Shown piece after piece: positions 27,705 through 37,598 of a stretch of DNA of 64,000 nt (position 1 is the first letter of the stretch; each line of letters starts with the position of its first letter). The position numbers and the translations under genes are program-made. This DNA is from an uncultured Thermotogae bacterium (GTDB taxonomy: Bacteria; Bipolaricaulota; Bipolaricaulia; UBA7950; UBA9294), in the NCBI GenBank assembly GCA_964547105.1, contig CAZJLO010000002.1, positions 40,779 to 104,778 on the forward strand. The letters run 5' to 3'. The notes under the pieces were generated by a model. That model saw nothing but the letters and a program-made list of their open reading frames with translations, was not told where the DNA came from and ran no database searches.

Positions 27705-28746
27705 CGTTTTCTCCGAACGTGATCGCGATCTTCAACCCATCTCCTGCAGACGCAAGCTCAAACGCTCGTTCGATCTCAGAGATGTGCACGGAGTGGGTAA
27801 TCATCTTTGAGATTTCTGACGCATGGTTGTGAACAAGGTCGACCGCGGCCGCGAAGTGCTCGGTGGAGAACCCGAAACTCCCCACGATCGATACTTCGCG
27901 ATAGTGGATGTCGAACGGATCGACGGAAAGCTTCACGTCGCGGGCGAGTCCTCCGAACCACAGGACGACTCCTCCTGGGGCGACCAGCGACTCGAGCTCC
28001 TCGACGGCACGTTTGACGCCAACCGCGGCAATTGCTCGATCCGCATGGGGCGTTCCCCATCGACGGCTCATTTCATCCTTCAGGACTGCAGTGGTTGCAT
28101 CAATGACATCCAATCCAAGCTGTCGTAGGCGTTCAATCCTTGACTCCGAGCTCTCGGTGATGAGCACACTTGCCCCGCGGAGGCTTGCCGCAAGCGCCGT
28201 TAGGACGCCCATCGGACCGCCACCGACGATCAACAGCTTGTCCCGATCGGAAACGCCGGCGCGGTTGAGGCCGTTGAGCACACAGGCAAGCGGCTCGGCC
28301 AGCGTGGCGACTTCGTCGGAAACCTGGTCATCAACTCGAAATGTTCCGTGATTGACGATTCTCTGCGGAACAACGACATACTCCTGCAGCGCGCCGGACG
28401 TCGCGGCTTTGGATCGACACAGTTCCCCAAGGCCGCGTGTGCAAAGCTCGCAGGTGCCGCACGGGACGTACGGCGCGACGGCGACACGATCTCCGAGAGA
28501 GAATCCGCTGACATGAGCGCCGATCTCTACGACTTCCCCGCACATCTCGTGGCCGAGGACGCAGGGCGGCGCGAAGTACGGATGCCCTCGGGAGAATGCC
28601 TTGAGATCCGTACCGCACAATCCGACTGCGCGGATCTTGATCAGAAGCTGATCGTCTTCGGGAACAGGTCTCTCTTTCCGTCGGATCTCAATCCGACCGA
28701 GTTCGACGAGCTCCGCCGCGAGCATTCGGTCCTTCTCTTCCATCAT
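27694..28746 (-). CDS. Zn-dependent alcohol/polyol dehydrogenase (MDR family)
   Basis: Start likely MMEEKDRM (28746); GHEMCGEV catalytic Zn motif, CGTCELC structural Zn, GGGPMG Rossmann. Confidence 0.85.
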   Translation of the reverse strand: MMEEKDRMLAAELVELGRIEIRRKERPVPEDDQLLIKIRAVGLCGTDLKAFSRGHPYFAPPCVLGHEMCGEVVEIGAHVSGFSLGDRVAVAPYVPCGTCELCTRGLGELCRSKAATSGALQEYVVVPQRIVNHGTFRVDDQVSDEVATLAEPLACVLNGLNRAGVSDRDKLLIVGGGPMGVLTALAASLRGASVLITESSESRIERLRQLGLDVIDATTAVLKDEMSRRWGTPHADRAIAAVGVKRAVEELESLVAPGGVVLWFGGLARDVKLSVDPFDIHYREVSIVGSFGFSTEHFAAAVDLVHNHASEISKMITHSVHISEIERAFELASAGDGLKIAITFGENDGH

Positions 28747-28853
28747 CGGTTCACCCACTCCGGTTCCACTTGTGCTGCAACAGGCTGTCTGAGATGAGAT
28801 GCAGCAGGAATGGGGGGCGGGCGAGCCGCCCCCCTTCCCATGGTTCGGTACCC

Positions 28854-29366
28854 TTAGTACTCGACGCGAATCTCTACGACGAACCACGACCAGACTTCAG
28901 GAGCGTAGAGGTCTTCCACGCCTTCGATCTGATACGGGAACACCAGCTTGATGGGGCCGCCCATGCTGCTGATGATCTCGTCGCCGTCCGACATGAATGC
29001 GATCAAGATTGGGTAGTAAAGCGCGTCTCTGGCTTCGATGACGACTTCGAGCCCGTCGGAGGCCACAGAAACGATCCGTGCCGCGTCGGCGGGAATCCCC
29101 ACGTAGTCGAGAAGGATGCCAAGCTCAACACCACCATAGATCTGAGCGCCGAGCCACGGATCTTCGACTTCATAGTCCGTGTACGGAAGCGCCTCAAGCA
29201 TCGCCATGTCGAATTCGAGCACACCGTTCTCATTCTCAAGTGCGATCGCTCCCGACATGGTCAATACGACGTCGCCCGTGGGAGCAGGACAGCTCTGAGC
29301 AAACGCCATGGTACCGAGAAGCCCTACAACCAGCAGACACAACCCAACGCGAGCTGTGCTTTTCAT
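28854..29366 (-). CDS. small secreted protein, possibly molybdopterin-oxidoreductase-fold (sulfite-oxidase-like) domain
   Basis: Start MKSTARVGLCLLVVGLLGTMAFAQ signal peptide; ~170 aa; pattern ..LPYTDYEVEDPWLG..GVELGILLDYVG..DGLEVVIEA..PILIAFMSDG..GGPIKLVFP resembles Oxidored_molyb domain; weak. Confidence 0.45.
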   Translation of the reverse strand: MKSTARVGLCLLVVGLLGTMAFAQSCPAPTGDVVLTMSGAIALENENGVLEFDMAMLEALPYTDYEVEDPWLGAQIYGGVELGILLDYVGIPADAARIVSVASDGLEVVIEARDALYYPILIAFMSDGDEIISSMGGPIKLVFPYQIEGVEDLYAPEVWSWFVVEIRVEY

Positions 29367-29494
29367 TGTCTCCTCCTTCATCCCGTCCGGGGTCATGATT
29401 CGATCCGAGTTTGAGTCCCAACATCAACATGGCTGCATTTTGCGGTGAAGACTTGACGTCTGTTTGCGCACCACCTCCTCGGTCCGATGGCTGC

Positions 29495-30766
29495 CTATTG
29501 CAGTCCGGTCCTTCTTAGAAATTGGTTGCCCTGGGTGGTCGCCGCTTCAAGAGCGGCTTCCAGGTCTTGGTTTCCAAGAATGACAAGCTCCATCTGAGGA
29601 ATGAACGATTGCCACTCCCAGGCGAAGAAGCCAAACATCTGCGGCTTCACATCTTCGGCGTACTCAAGCCATGAGTAGGCAAGCGCCCATTCGTTCTCTT
29701 CAACCTGAAAGCGGGGATCTTCAAGCGCTGTCTCGCGAACGGGGAACAACCAGTCGGCAAGGGCAAGCCGGATCTGATTCTCGGTCGATGTGAAGTACTC
29801 GACAAACGCCGCCGCGTCCTGTTTGTTGTCGGATCCAGAGTGAATCCCGATTGCCTGAGGGTCGGCCTCGGTGACGTTCCGCCGCGGTCCCTCCAGTTGG
29901 AGCATCCCCCAGTCAACTTCGCCCCGTGTGATCGTTGTGACCCAATTCCTCACCCAGCAACCGAAACTGAACATCGCGTAGGTGCCGTTCTTGAATCCTT
30001 GGAGAAGCGTCATGAAGTCGTAACTCAGAACATCTTGTGGCATCACATCATGTTCCGTCACCAGGTCGGTGTAGAAACCGATCGCCTCGCGGGCGTTGTC
30101 ATCGACCTCCACATGCCAGGTTCCATCATCGTGCTCGACAAGAACGTGCCCATCGTTCTGCTCGACGAGGACCCACCACAACCGCTGCTCAACCGGCGCA
30201 AGCAGACCCCAGGTCGTAACCGCTCCCTGTTCGTCGCGCTGCGTCAGCCGCTGGGCGTAGTCGAGCAGCTGATTCCATGTGATCAAGCCGTCTTCCGGAA
30301 CGATGATTCCAGCAGCTTCGAAGAGTGCCTTGTTATAGAAAATGACCAGAGTTTCCTGAAGAAACGGCACACCGTAGATGGTTTCGTCATCGCTGACGTT
30401 GGCCCAGTTCTTGTCCGGCGTATCGGTGAGCAGGTCGCTTGGGAGCCAGTCATTGAGAGGCTCGGCATAGCCCATCAAACCGTATTCGAAACACATCACC
30501 GAATCCTGATGGAAGATGTCGGGTGCGACCCCGGCTTGGAAGCTCGTCAGCATGAAATCGTCGAGATTCTCCCAGGCTTGCCACAGGATCTCGACCTGAA
30601 TATCGGGGTGCGTGTCATTCCATTCCCGTACGATCGCTTTGATCTCCTTAACGGTGTCGCCCTGCCACGCCGGCGTGACGAACTGCAGGTCTGCCGCCCA
30701 GATGGCCGCACTGGACAGCAAGAGCAACAGGGACACCCCTGCAACTGCGATCAATCTCCGTTTCAT
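29495..30766 (-). CDS. ABC transporter extracellular solute-binding protein (family 1, CUT1)
   Basis: Start MKRRLIAVAGVSLLLLLSSAAIWA signal; SBP_bac_1-like sequence. Confidence 0.8.
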   Translation of the reverse strand: MKRRLIAVAGVSLLLLLSSAAIWAADLQFVTPAWQGDTVKEIKAIVREWNDTHPDIQVEILWQAWENLDDFMLTSFQAGVAPDIFHQDSVMCFEYGLMGYAEPLNDWLPSDLLTDTPDKNWANVSDDETIYGVPFLQETLVIFYNKALFEAAGIIVPEDGLITWNQLLDYAQRLTQRDEQGAVTTWGLLAPVEQRLWWVLVEQNDGHVLVEHDDGTWHVEVDDNAREAIGFYTDLVTEHDVMPQDVLSYDFMTLLQGFKNGTYAMFSFGCWVRNWVTTITRGEVDWGMLQLEGPRRNVTEADPQAIGIHSGSDNKQDAAAFVEYFTSTENQIRLALADWLFPVRETALEDPRFQVEENEWALAYSWLEYAEDVKPQMFGFFAWEWQSFIPQMELVILGNQDLEAALEAATTQGNQFLRRTGLQ

Positions 30767-30788
30767 CGACAACCTCCCGGTTTCCTGT

Positions 30789-32519
30789 TTACGATTCATC
30801 ATCAGATTCCTCATCCAGCTCGACAAGGAACGACTCAGCGTACGCCTTGATCGGGTCCGTCGATGTCGGGCGGAACAAGCCCATCAGTGCAAGTCGATCG
30901 TTTCTCGCGACCGGAAACGGGACATTCGCGACAATGATTGTCTTGGTCCCGTCGTTCACGGAGGCGTTTGCCCCCATCACCGCACGGACCGTCAGCGAGG
31001 GAGCGGCAACGATACGCCCCTGGAAAACCTCGGGATGATCGATGATCTCCGCAAGCGAGATCTCAGGATTGCAGATGTAGTAGTCTTGCTCGGCGTCGCG
31101 CCGTGAACCGTCGGACATGCTGAATGAGACGTGCAGTGTGTGGTAGCCGTTGGCTAGGGTCGAAACATTCAACTCGGAGCTGGCTGCGGACCACATGCCG
31201 CACGAGTTTGCTCCGACCGGAACGAAAGGATTGTCATCCCAAGCAAGTTCTGCCGAAACCGCCTCGCCCCACACCCGAACTTCGAGGTTGTCAATCCATG
31301 AGAGGACCGCTGCCTGGGGGAAGGCGAACTCGGCTGTATCTTCGCCGATGGTCCGCCAGATGCTATCGATCAGCCCGCGGCGAATCTGATAGACCCGGTA
31401 ACCGAACGATCGTCCATCGGCGGCCGGTCCTTCCCACCACGACCCGCAGACCGCGCCGGATGTGAGTTCCAAGTACGGCTCCGTTTGCAGTTCGAAGTTC
31501 AGGTGCCAATGTCCGGTGATAAGAGCGGCGATGCCGGCGTTGGCGAGAATCGTCTTGACTTCACCCATGATCTCATTCTTGGCCCAGTTCGAACTCGGCT
31601 CGTGGCAGAACACGAGGATCGGCTGTTGCCTGCCGGCTGATTCGAGATCGGCCCTCAGCCAAGTAAGTTGTCGCTCGGAGACTGTGTACGAGAGACTTGT
31701 TCCGGTGAGCGTGTGAGGGTCGAGGACGATGCAGTGAACGCCCTCGCAATCAAACGCGTAGTACGTAGGTCCAAAGGACTGCTCAAAGATGGCTCGATCG
31801 ATTGCCGGATCACGAACGATCTCGTGGTTCCCGACGACGGCGCGGGCTGGAGCATCAAGCGAAGGAACAAGCTGTTCTGCGATGTAGCTTGTCCACGCCT
31901 CGACCAGACCAAGCTCCGGCGTCTTCGAGTCGGCGACTTGATCTCCCGTCAGAATGACGAAATCGGGCGCGACGGAGTTGATCTCAGCAGCCATTGCATC
32001 AAGGATCCCTTGTGGCTGAACTGCCATCGCACGATCGTAGAAAGCTTCACGAAACTCCTCTGGAGTGGCCGCAAAGTGGATGTCGGATGCTTGCACGAAC
32101 GTAAGAATGCCATCGCTATCGGGCACCACTTCCAGCCCGAAGTCAATCGTCATGAGGCCTTCTCTCCCGAGGACGGGAGCATACCAGTCACCGCTGGCTT
32201 GATAGCCGGTGGGAACGGTGATGAATGCGAACCGGGACGACTCGTCCAGCGAGAGTTCGAAGCCTCCTTGTCCGTCGGTTCGGACGATGATCGCTCCATC
32301 ACTAACGGCAATGTCGCCGACACCCGTTTCATCGGCGTCCCGAAGCCGGTTGCCGTTCGCGTCGATGAAGACCGTTCCGCGACACGAGTCTGGGTTCGCC
32401 GAGCCAGCCAGTCCTCCGACGAGCAGCACGAAAAGCACGGTGAGGACAAGGCAGCAGCGCTTCGCGCCGCGGGGACGGAAGCCGATCCCGCCGTGGGTCA
32501 AGGGCCAAGCCTTGGTCAT
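30789..32519 (-). CDS. secreted calcineurin-like metallophosphoesterase
   Basis: 576 aa; signal/TM N-terminus, metallophosphatase motifs (QASDIHF, GDQVAD, VVGNHE, GHWH), acidic C-terminal tail LDEESDDES. Confidence 0.75.
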   Translation of the reverse strand: MTKAWPLTHGGIGFRPRGAKRCCLVLTVLFVLLVGGLAGSANPDSCRGTVFIDANGNRLRDADETGVGDIAVSDGAIIVRTDGQGGFELSLDESSRFAFITVPTGYQASGDWYAPVLGREGLMTIDFGLEVVPDSDGILTFVQASDIHFAATPEEFREAFYDRAMAVQPQGILDAMAAEINSVAPDFVILTGDQVADSKTPELGLVEAWTSYIAEQLVPSLDAPARAVVGNHEIVRDPAIDRAIFEQSFGPTYYAFDCEGVHCIVLDPHTLTGTSLSYTVSERQLTWLRADLESAGRQQPILVFCHEPSSNWAKNEIMGEVKTILANAGIAALITGHWHLNFELQTEPYLELTSGAVCGSWWEGPAADGRSFGYRVYQIRRGLIDSIWRTIGEDTAEFAFPQAAVLSWIDNLEVRVWGEAVSAELAWDDNPFVPVGANSCGMWSAASSELNVSTLANGYHTLHVSFSMSDGSRRDAEQDYYICNPEISLAEIIDHPEVFQGRIVAAPSLTVRAVMGANASVNDGTKTIIVANVPFPVARNDRLALMGLFRPTSTDPIKAYAESFLVELDEESDDES

Positions 32520-32652
32520 GATGATCTCCTTCTCTGCTGGTTCCGTGACGCCGTCCGTGGATCATCGACGGGAATCCGGGCGGAAGGAGCACCCGAACCC
32601 GCGCCGAAATCCCGGTCCGCTTTTGCGTAGCACATCTGACTCGCGACTGAAA

Positions 32653-33480
32653 TCACTTCACTCCTCCTTGTGTGAGTCCGGCAACAAGATAGCGCTGTCC
32701 GAGCATGAATAGGAGCAGCGCCGGAAGCGTCGACAGCAGCGCCGCCGCGCTCAGGGGACCCCAGCGAACCACCCCGCTCATCCCGACGAACCTCGACAGG
32801 AAAACGGGCAGCGTGAACACGCTCTCACTCCGCGTGACGATGAGGGCGAAGAAAAACTCGTTCCACGACAACAGAAAGGAGAACGTGCCTACGGCGAGAA
32901 TTCCCGGCACGGCCAGCGGGAGAACAACCTGGGTCAGAGCCCGAAGGCGATTGCAGCCGTCAATGAGCGCTGCCTCTTCAAGTGCCGTTGGAATTCGATC
33001 GAAGTAGCCTTTGAGAAGCCAGATGCTGAACGGGATGCTGAAGCTTGTGTGCATGATCATCAAGCCAAACTGTGAGTTGAGCAGTCCGAAGATGCGAAAG
33101 ATCGTGAACATCCCAAGCACCATGATGATCCCCGGGAAAGCCTGCGTGGCAAGAAGCCATGTGGAAAACAGGCGTTTCCCCCGGAAACGGAATCTCGACA
33201 TGGCATATCCAGCCGGGGCGGTGACGACAATCGTGAGCAGCACTGTCACACCGGCAACCACAAAGCTGTTGCGGAAGTTCACGGCGAACGTGCTTTCATG
33301 GAAGATTTCCGCGAAGTTCGCCGAAGTGACGTTGTGAGGCAGCGCTACCGGGTTCCGGGTGATATCTGCTTCCGTGCGGATGGAGTTCAAGAACATCAGC
33401 AGCAGCGGGAATGTCAGCAGTACCACATAGAGCAGCGCAACGGCATGGAGCAGAATGCGTTTGGGTCGCGAGAGCCTCAT
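32653..33480 (-). CDS. carbohydrate ABC transporter permease (CUT1, MalG-type), second system
   Basis: 275 aa paralog of 25987-26814 (ALEEAALIDGCNRLRALTQVVLP). Confidence 0.85.
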   Translation of the reverse strand: MRLSRPKRILLHAVALLYVVLLTFPLLLMFLNSIRTEADITRNPVALPHNVTSANFAEIFHESTFAVNFRNSFVVAGVTVLLTIVVTAPAGYAMSRFRFRGKRLFSTWLLATQAFPGIIMVLGMFTIFRIFGLLNSQFGLMIMHTSFSIPFSIWLLKGYFDRIPTALEEAALIDGCNRLRALTQVVLPLAVPGILAVGTFSFLLSWNEFFFALIVTRSESVFTLPVFLSRFVGMSGVVRWGPLSAAALLSTLPALLLFMLGQRYLVAGLTQGGVK

Positions 33481-34364
33481 TCCAGCACCTCACGTATGTA
33501 CACCAAGATGAGAAGGATCAGGCAGACCATGATGACAAGGCCGATTGCGGCAGCATAGCCCATCTGGTAGTAGAAGAAGCCGTTCTGGTAGGCATACATC
33601 GGCAGGGTGAGCGATGCATTCCCCGGCCCGCCGCGCGTCAGAATGTACACGATGTCAAACATGTTGAAGGTCCAGATGCTCATCAGTGTCACGACGATCA
33701 GCACGACGCGCTTGATCACCGGCAATGTGATTCTGAAAGTCGTCTGCAGGAAACTCGCGCCATCGATTGCCGCGGCTTCATACAGCGACCCCTCGACGGA
33801 TTGCAGGCCGGCAAGAAGCATCACCGTCATGAACGGAATGTTCATCCAGACGTTGGCGATGATGCAGGCCCAGAGAGCGACGCTCGGATCGAGCAGCCAC
33901 GCCGGAGGATTGGACACGCCGAGAGCGCCCAACAGAACATTCAGCGGGCCTTCATTGGCGAGCATGTAGCGCCAAGTCAGCGCAACGACAACCGGAGGTG
34001 TCGCCCACGGGATCAGCATGAGGCTGCGGAACACCCGGCGCCCGACAAGTTCGCGCGAGTTCAAGACAAGTGCAAGGATGATTGCAAGAACGAATTGAGC
34101 CGACACGCACGTCACAACCCAAATCAGACTGTTGGCGAACGCTTTGACGAAGAGTTCATCGTGGAACATTCGGGCAAAATTCCCGAAGCCGGTGAAGGAG
34201 AAGCTCTGCGACATGAGCTGGTAGGAGTGCAAGGAGCGGATGATCCCGTTGATGAACGGATAGAGGTTGATCGCCGCCATGATCAGCAGGGTGGGGATGA
34301 GGAACGGGAGAGCCCGCCGCTCCTCACGGAACCGTTCTGCCGCGTGTGCTTCTGCGCCCAACAA
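33477..34364 (-). CDS. carbohydrate ABC transporter permease (CUT1, MalF-type), second system
   Basis: 295 aa paralog of 26811-27704 (LYEAAAIDGASFLQTTFRITLP). Confidence 0.85.
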   Translation of the reverse strand: MLGAEAHAAERFREERRALPFLIPTLLIMAAINLYPFINGIIRSLHSYQLMSQSFSFTGFGNFARMFHDELFVKAFANSLIWVVTCVSAQFVLAIILALVLNSRELVGRRVFRSLMLIPWATPPVVVALTWRYMLANEGPLNVLLGALGVSNPPAWLLDPSVALWACIIANVWMNIPFMTVMLLAGLQSVEGSLYEAAAIDGASFLQTTFRITLPVIKRVVLIVVTLMSIWTFNMFDIVYILTRGGPGNASLTLPMYAYQNGFFYYQMGYAAAIGLVIMVCLILLILVYIREVLE

Positions 34365-34438
34365 GTCTCCCTTCGCCGCTCCACTTCCAGTCAGGCCAGC
34401 CGTTCGTTTCTCGGCGCGGCCCGGCCGAAGCCCGAGCC

Positions 34439-35725
34439 CTACTGAAGCCCTATGCTTCGCAGGTAGGCATTGCCGCTCTCTTCAATCGATGTCATCGCTT
34501 CGTCGAAAGCCTTGTTGCCGAGCATGACGTTCTCCAATTCGGGGACGATCACCCGCATGTCGAATGCGATAATCGTCGGCATTCGCGGAAGAACGTCGAC
34601 CGCGAAGGGAAGCCAGCTCTTCGCCAGATCCCACTGGTAGGTCACCTCGCCGAATCGTGGGTCGCCTTGAGCGGACGTCCTTGCGGGGAAGATCCAATCG
34701 GGGTAGGCAATCTCGACGACATTCGCCGCGCTGGAGATGTAGTCGAGAAACTGTGCCGCCTCCGCCTTATGTTCGGACCCGGCCCAGATGCCGTGTGCCT
34801 GAGGCCCGCCGGACGTGATATTCTGCACCGGCCCCTCAAGGTGGAAGATACCCCAGTCCACATCCTCCCACTGCGCGAGAATGCGACGATTCCAGCAGCC
34901 ATAGATGATCATTGCGTAGCGATCTTTCGAGAACCCGCTCATCAAGTAGGTGTAGTCGCTGCTGATTGCGTCAGGGGGCATGACCTGCCACTCCGTCACC
35001 AGATCGCAGTAGAAGCGCAGCGCTTCCCTTGCCGCCGGGTCGACGCTGACCGACCACGAGCCATCATTGTTGCGGTGCACGATCTGGCCGCCATTCTGCG
35101 CCACGAGCATCCACGGGAACTTCTCCATCACCGAGGCAAGAAGTCCCCAGGTCAGCACAGCTCCATCAGAATCGCGCACAGTCAACTGCTGTGCGTAGTC
35201 GACGATCTGCTGCCAGGTGACCGAAGCATTCTCCGGCAACACGATGCCCGCATCGTTGAACATCCGACGGTTGTAGAATACGGCGTGGGTTTCCACCAGG
35301 AACGGCGAGCCATAGATTTCGCCATCGTAATCGCTGGCGCTATCCCACATCCACTGGGGGATATCGCTCAACAGCTCGTCATCGAGATATGGTGTCAGCG
35401 GCTCGGCAAACCCAAGGACACCATACTCGTAGCACATGACCGCATCCTGATGGAAGATGTCGGGAGCATCGCCGCCGAGGAAGCTTGTCAGCAAGAACTC
35501 ATTCGCGGATGCCCACGCTCCCCAGACAATCTCCACCTGGATGTCGGGATGGGAATCATTCCACTCGGCGACGACATCTCGCACTGCCCGCACGACCCCC
35601 GGCTGCCACGCCAAGCTGTAGTACTGCAGCCGAACCGGGCTGGCCATTGCCGCCGACGAGCACAAAACGCCGAGCAAGAACAACCCGACAACCAACTTGC
35701 CAAGACCAGTCCATCTTGCATTCAT
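34439..35725 (-). CDS. ABC transporter extracellular solute-binding protein (family 1), second system
   Basis: 428 aa; signal peptide MNARWTGLGKLVVGLFLLGVLCSSAAMA; paralog of 29495-30766. Confidence 0.8.
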   Translation of the reverse strand: MNARWTGLGKLVVGLFLLGVLCSSAAMASPVRLQYYSLAWQPGVVRAVRDVVAEWNDSHPDIQVEIVWGAWASANEFLLTSFLGGDAPDIFHQDAVMCYEYGVLGFAEPLTPYLDDELLSDIPQWMWDSASDYDGEIYGSPFLVETHAVFYNRRMFNDAGIVLPENASVTWQQIVDYAQQLTVRDSDGAVLTWGLLASVMEKFPWMLVAQNGGQIVHRNNDGSWSVSVDPAAREALRFYCDLVTEWQVMPPDAISSDYTYLMSGFSKDRYAMIIYGCWNRRILAQWEDVDWGIFHLEGPVQNITSGGPQAHGIWAGSEHKAEAAQFLDYISSAANVVEIAYPDWIFPARTSAQGDPRFGEVTYQWDLAKSWLPFAVDVLPRMPTIIAFDMRVIVPELENVMLGNKAFDEAMTSIEESGNAYLRSIGLQ

Positions 35726-35832
35726 CGTTCGGTCCTCCCTCGCGAGTCTTCCTGCAGAACGAACTCCGTCGACTCCCTCCGTTGGTCGGCGTCTGCCGCT
35801 GACGCGCTATGTTCTCCCTCGGCGATTCGCTG

Positions 35833-36594
35833 CTAGCCATCCGCCACTCGGTCGCGATCGCCATGGACGACGCCCACCAAATCTTCGACCACTGCACGAG
35901 GAGAAGCCGCCTCGAACACGTTTCGCCCGAAAGCGATTCCAGCTGCTCCGTGTTGGATAGCGTCGGCGGCGATGTTCACCGGATCGGATGCCTTGGCCCC
36001 TCCGGCGGCCAAGAACGGGACACCGCACCCGCCGATGATGGTTGCATCGGCGCCCGTTCCGGTTGTGTACGCCTTGACGACGTCCGCGCCCAGCTCGTAG
36101 GCGACGCGAGCGGCCACGGCAATCCACTCCGCATCCCCGAATCGCTCCGGCGCGGCGGGAAGCATCTCCGCGATCAGGGGAATCGCGTGCTGGGAGCAAT
36201 CCTCGGCCAGTTGAGCAAGAAGCGTCAGCGATGCTGCTTCGCCCGGTCCCCCGACGAACCCCATCGCGATGACGGCATCCGCTCCGAGGTAGGCAGCCTG
36301 TCGTACACTGCAAATCTTCCGGTGGTAGTCGAAGATGGTGTTCTTCTCAGTGCTTGCCCCGGTGACCCGGACAATCAGCGCACAGCGCCCTGCGTAGACC
36401 GCTGCGCAATCTCGTGCTGCTCCGGGGTTGAGAATGATGCCATCAGCGCCGCCATCGACAACTTCGCCAACGATCGCAGGCATGGACACGAGTCCCTGAA
36501 TCGGGCCTTTGAATTGTGCGTGGTCAAGGGCGACAACCATCGCCCGGCCATCCCCGCGAAACAATCTTCGCATGTGGATCAATTTTCCCGTCAT
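35833..36594 (-). CDS. class I (DhnA/FbaB/LsrF-type) aldolase
   Basis: Start MTGKLIHMRRLF; DeoC/LacD-family TIM-barrel aldolase sequence with Schiff-base lysine region (ADVVKAYTTG). Confidence 0.7.
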   Translation of the reverse strand: MTGKLIHMRRLFRGDGRAMVVALDHAQFKGPIQGLVSMPAIVGEVVDGGADGIILNPGAARDCAAVYAGRCALIVRVTGASTEKNTIFDYHRKICSVRQAAYLGADAVIAMGFVGGPGEAASLTLLAQLAEDCSQHAIPLIAEMLPAAPERFGDAEWIAVAARVAYELGADVVKAYTTGTGADATIIGGCGVPFLAAGGAKASDPVNIAADAIQHGAAGIAFGRNVFEAASPRAVVEDLVGVVHGDRDRVADG

Positions 36595-37598
36595 GTGGTG
36601 GTTCCTTTCATCGAGCGGCATGTCCCGCCACGGATCAGCATGGTCGGCACGATGACGTTCTCATCGGCCCCGTTGAGGAGGAGACGTGTTGCTTGTTGAC
36701 CGATCTGGTACACCGGCACTTCCACCGTGGTGAGCTCGGGGCGAAGAAATGTCGCATACGGCACGTGCGGCACATGATCAAAGCCGGCAACGGCGAGATC
36801 TCCGGGAATGGAAAGGCCGCGCTCCTCTGCGGCACGGAGAATCCCGAACGCCATCAGATCGTTCCCGGCCAGGATTGCCTGGACGTCATCGTGATCAAGA
36901 ATTTCGCTTCCGCACTCATAGCCCGATTCATACGTGAAATCGCCACGGTGTAGTGCGACCGGCTTGATTTCGCAGGAATCGAGGGCCTGGATGAAACCGG
37001 CGAGTCGATCATCTGAGGTGCTCACGCCTTCTGGCCCGGCGATGTATGCGATGCGGCGATACCCAAGTTCGAGCACGTAGTTGGCGAGTTCGCAACTTGC
37101 GTCACGGTTGTCGGCTTCCACGCACGCTAGGTGGGCGACGCGGCGATCGGGAACCAGAATACGGGTGCCTCGGTCGATCAGACGTTGAATCGCCGCCATG
37201 TTGGGTGTCGCCGTCGGTACGAGCAGCACACCGTCCACCCCTTCCGACAGGAGAATGTCAAGGTAGCGCAATTCCCGCTCCGGTTGCTGATCGCTGTCGC
37301 AGATCAATGTGCTGAACCCACGGTCGAATGCCTCCGCTTCGATGCCGCGTACCAGAAGAGCGAAGTAGAGGTTGGAGATATCGGGAACGAGAACGCCGAG
37401 CATCTGCGAGCGCTGCCGGCGAAGCTGCTGTGCCGCCTTGACGGGCGTATAGCAGAGAGCCTCCATTGCGTCGACCACGCGCTGCTTGGTTTCCGGACGC
37501 ATGTGGTCCGCCTCGCGTCCGTTGATCACCCGAGAAACGGTGCTTGGAGATACATTTGCCTTCTGGGCAACCTCTCGAATCGTGATTCGCTGTTTCAT
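36591..37598 (-). CDS. LacI-family transcriptional regulator
   Basis: 335 aa; N-terminal HTH (ITIREVAQKANVSPSTVSRVING), periplasmic-binding-fold effector domain; heads the long minus-strand array. Confidence 0.9.
   Translation of the reverse strand: MKQRITIREVAQKANVSPSTVSRVINGREADHMRPETKQRVVDAMEALCYTPVKAAQQLRRQRSQMLGVLVPDISNLYFALLVRGIEAEAFDRGFSTLICDSDQQPERELRYLDILLSEGVDGVLLVPTATPNMAAIQRLIDRGTRILVPDRRVAHLACVEADNRDASCELANYVLELGYRRIAYIAGPEGVSTSDDRLAGFIQALDSCEIKPVALHRGDFTYESGYECGSEILDHDDVQAILAGNDLMAFGILRAAEERGLSIPGDLAVAGFDHVPHVPYATFLRPELTTVEVPVYQIGQQATRLLLNGADENVIVPTMLIRGGTCRSMKGTTT

Noticed and set aside
29840-30850. 336-aa plus-strand ORF
   Set aside because: Antisense to the solute-binding protein gene; His/Pro/Arg-rich.
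31668-32630. 320-aa plus-strand ORF
   Set aside because: Antisense to the metallophosphoesterase.
34346-35836. 496-aa plus-strand ORF
   Set aside because: Antisense to the second solute-binding protein gene.
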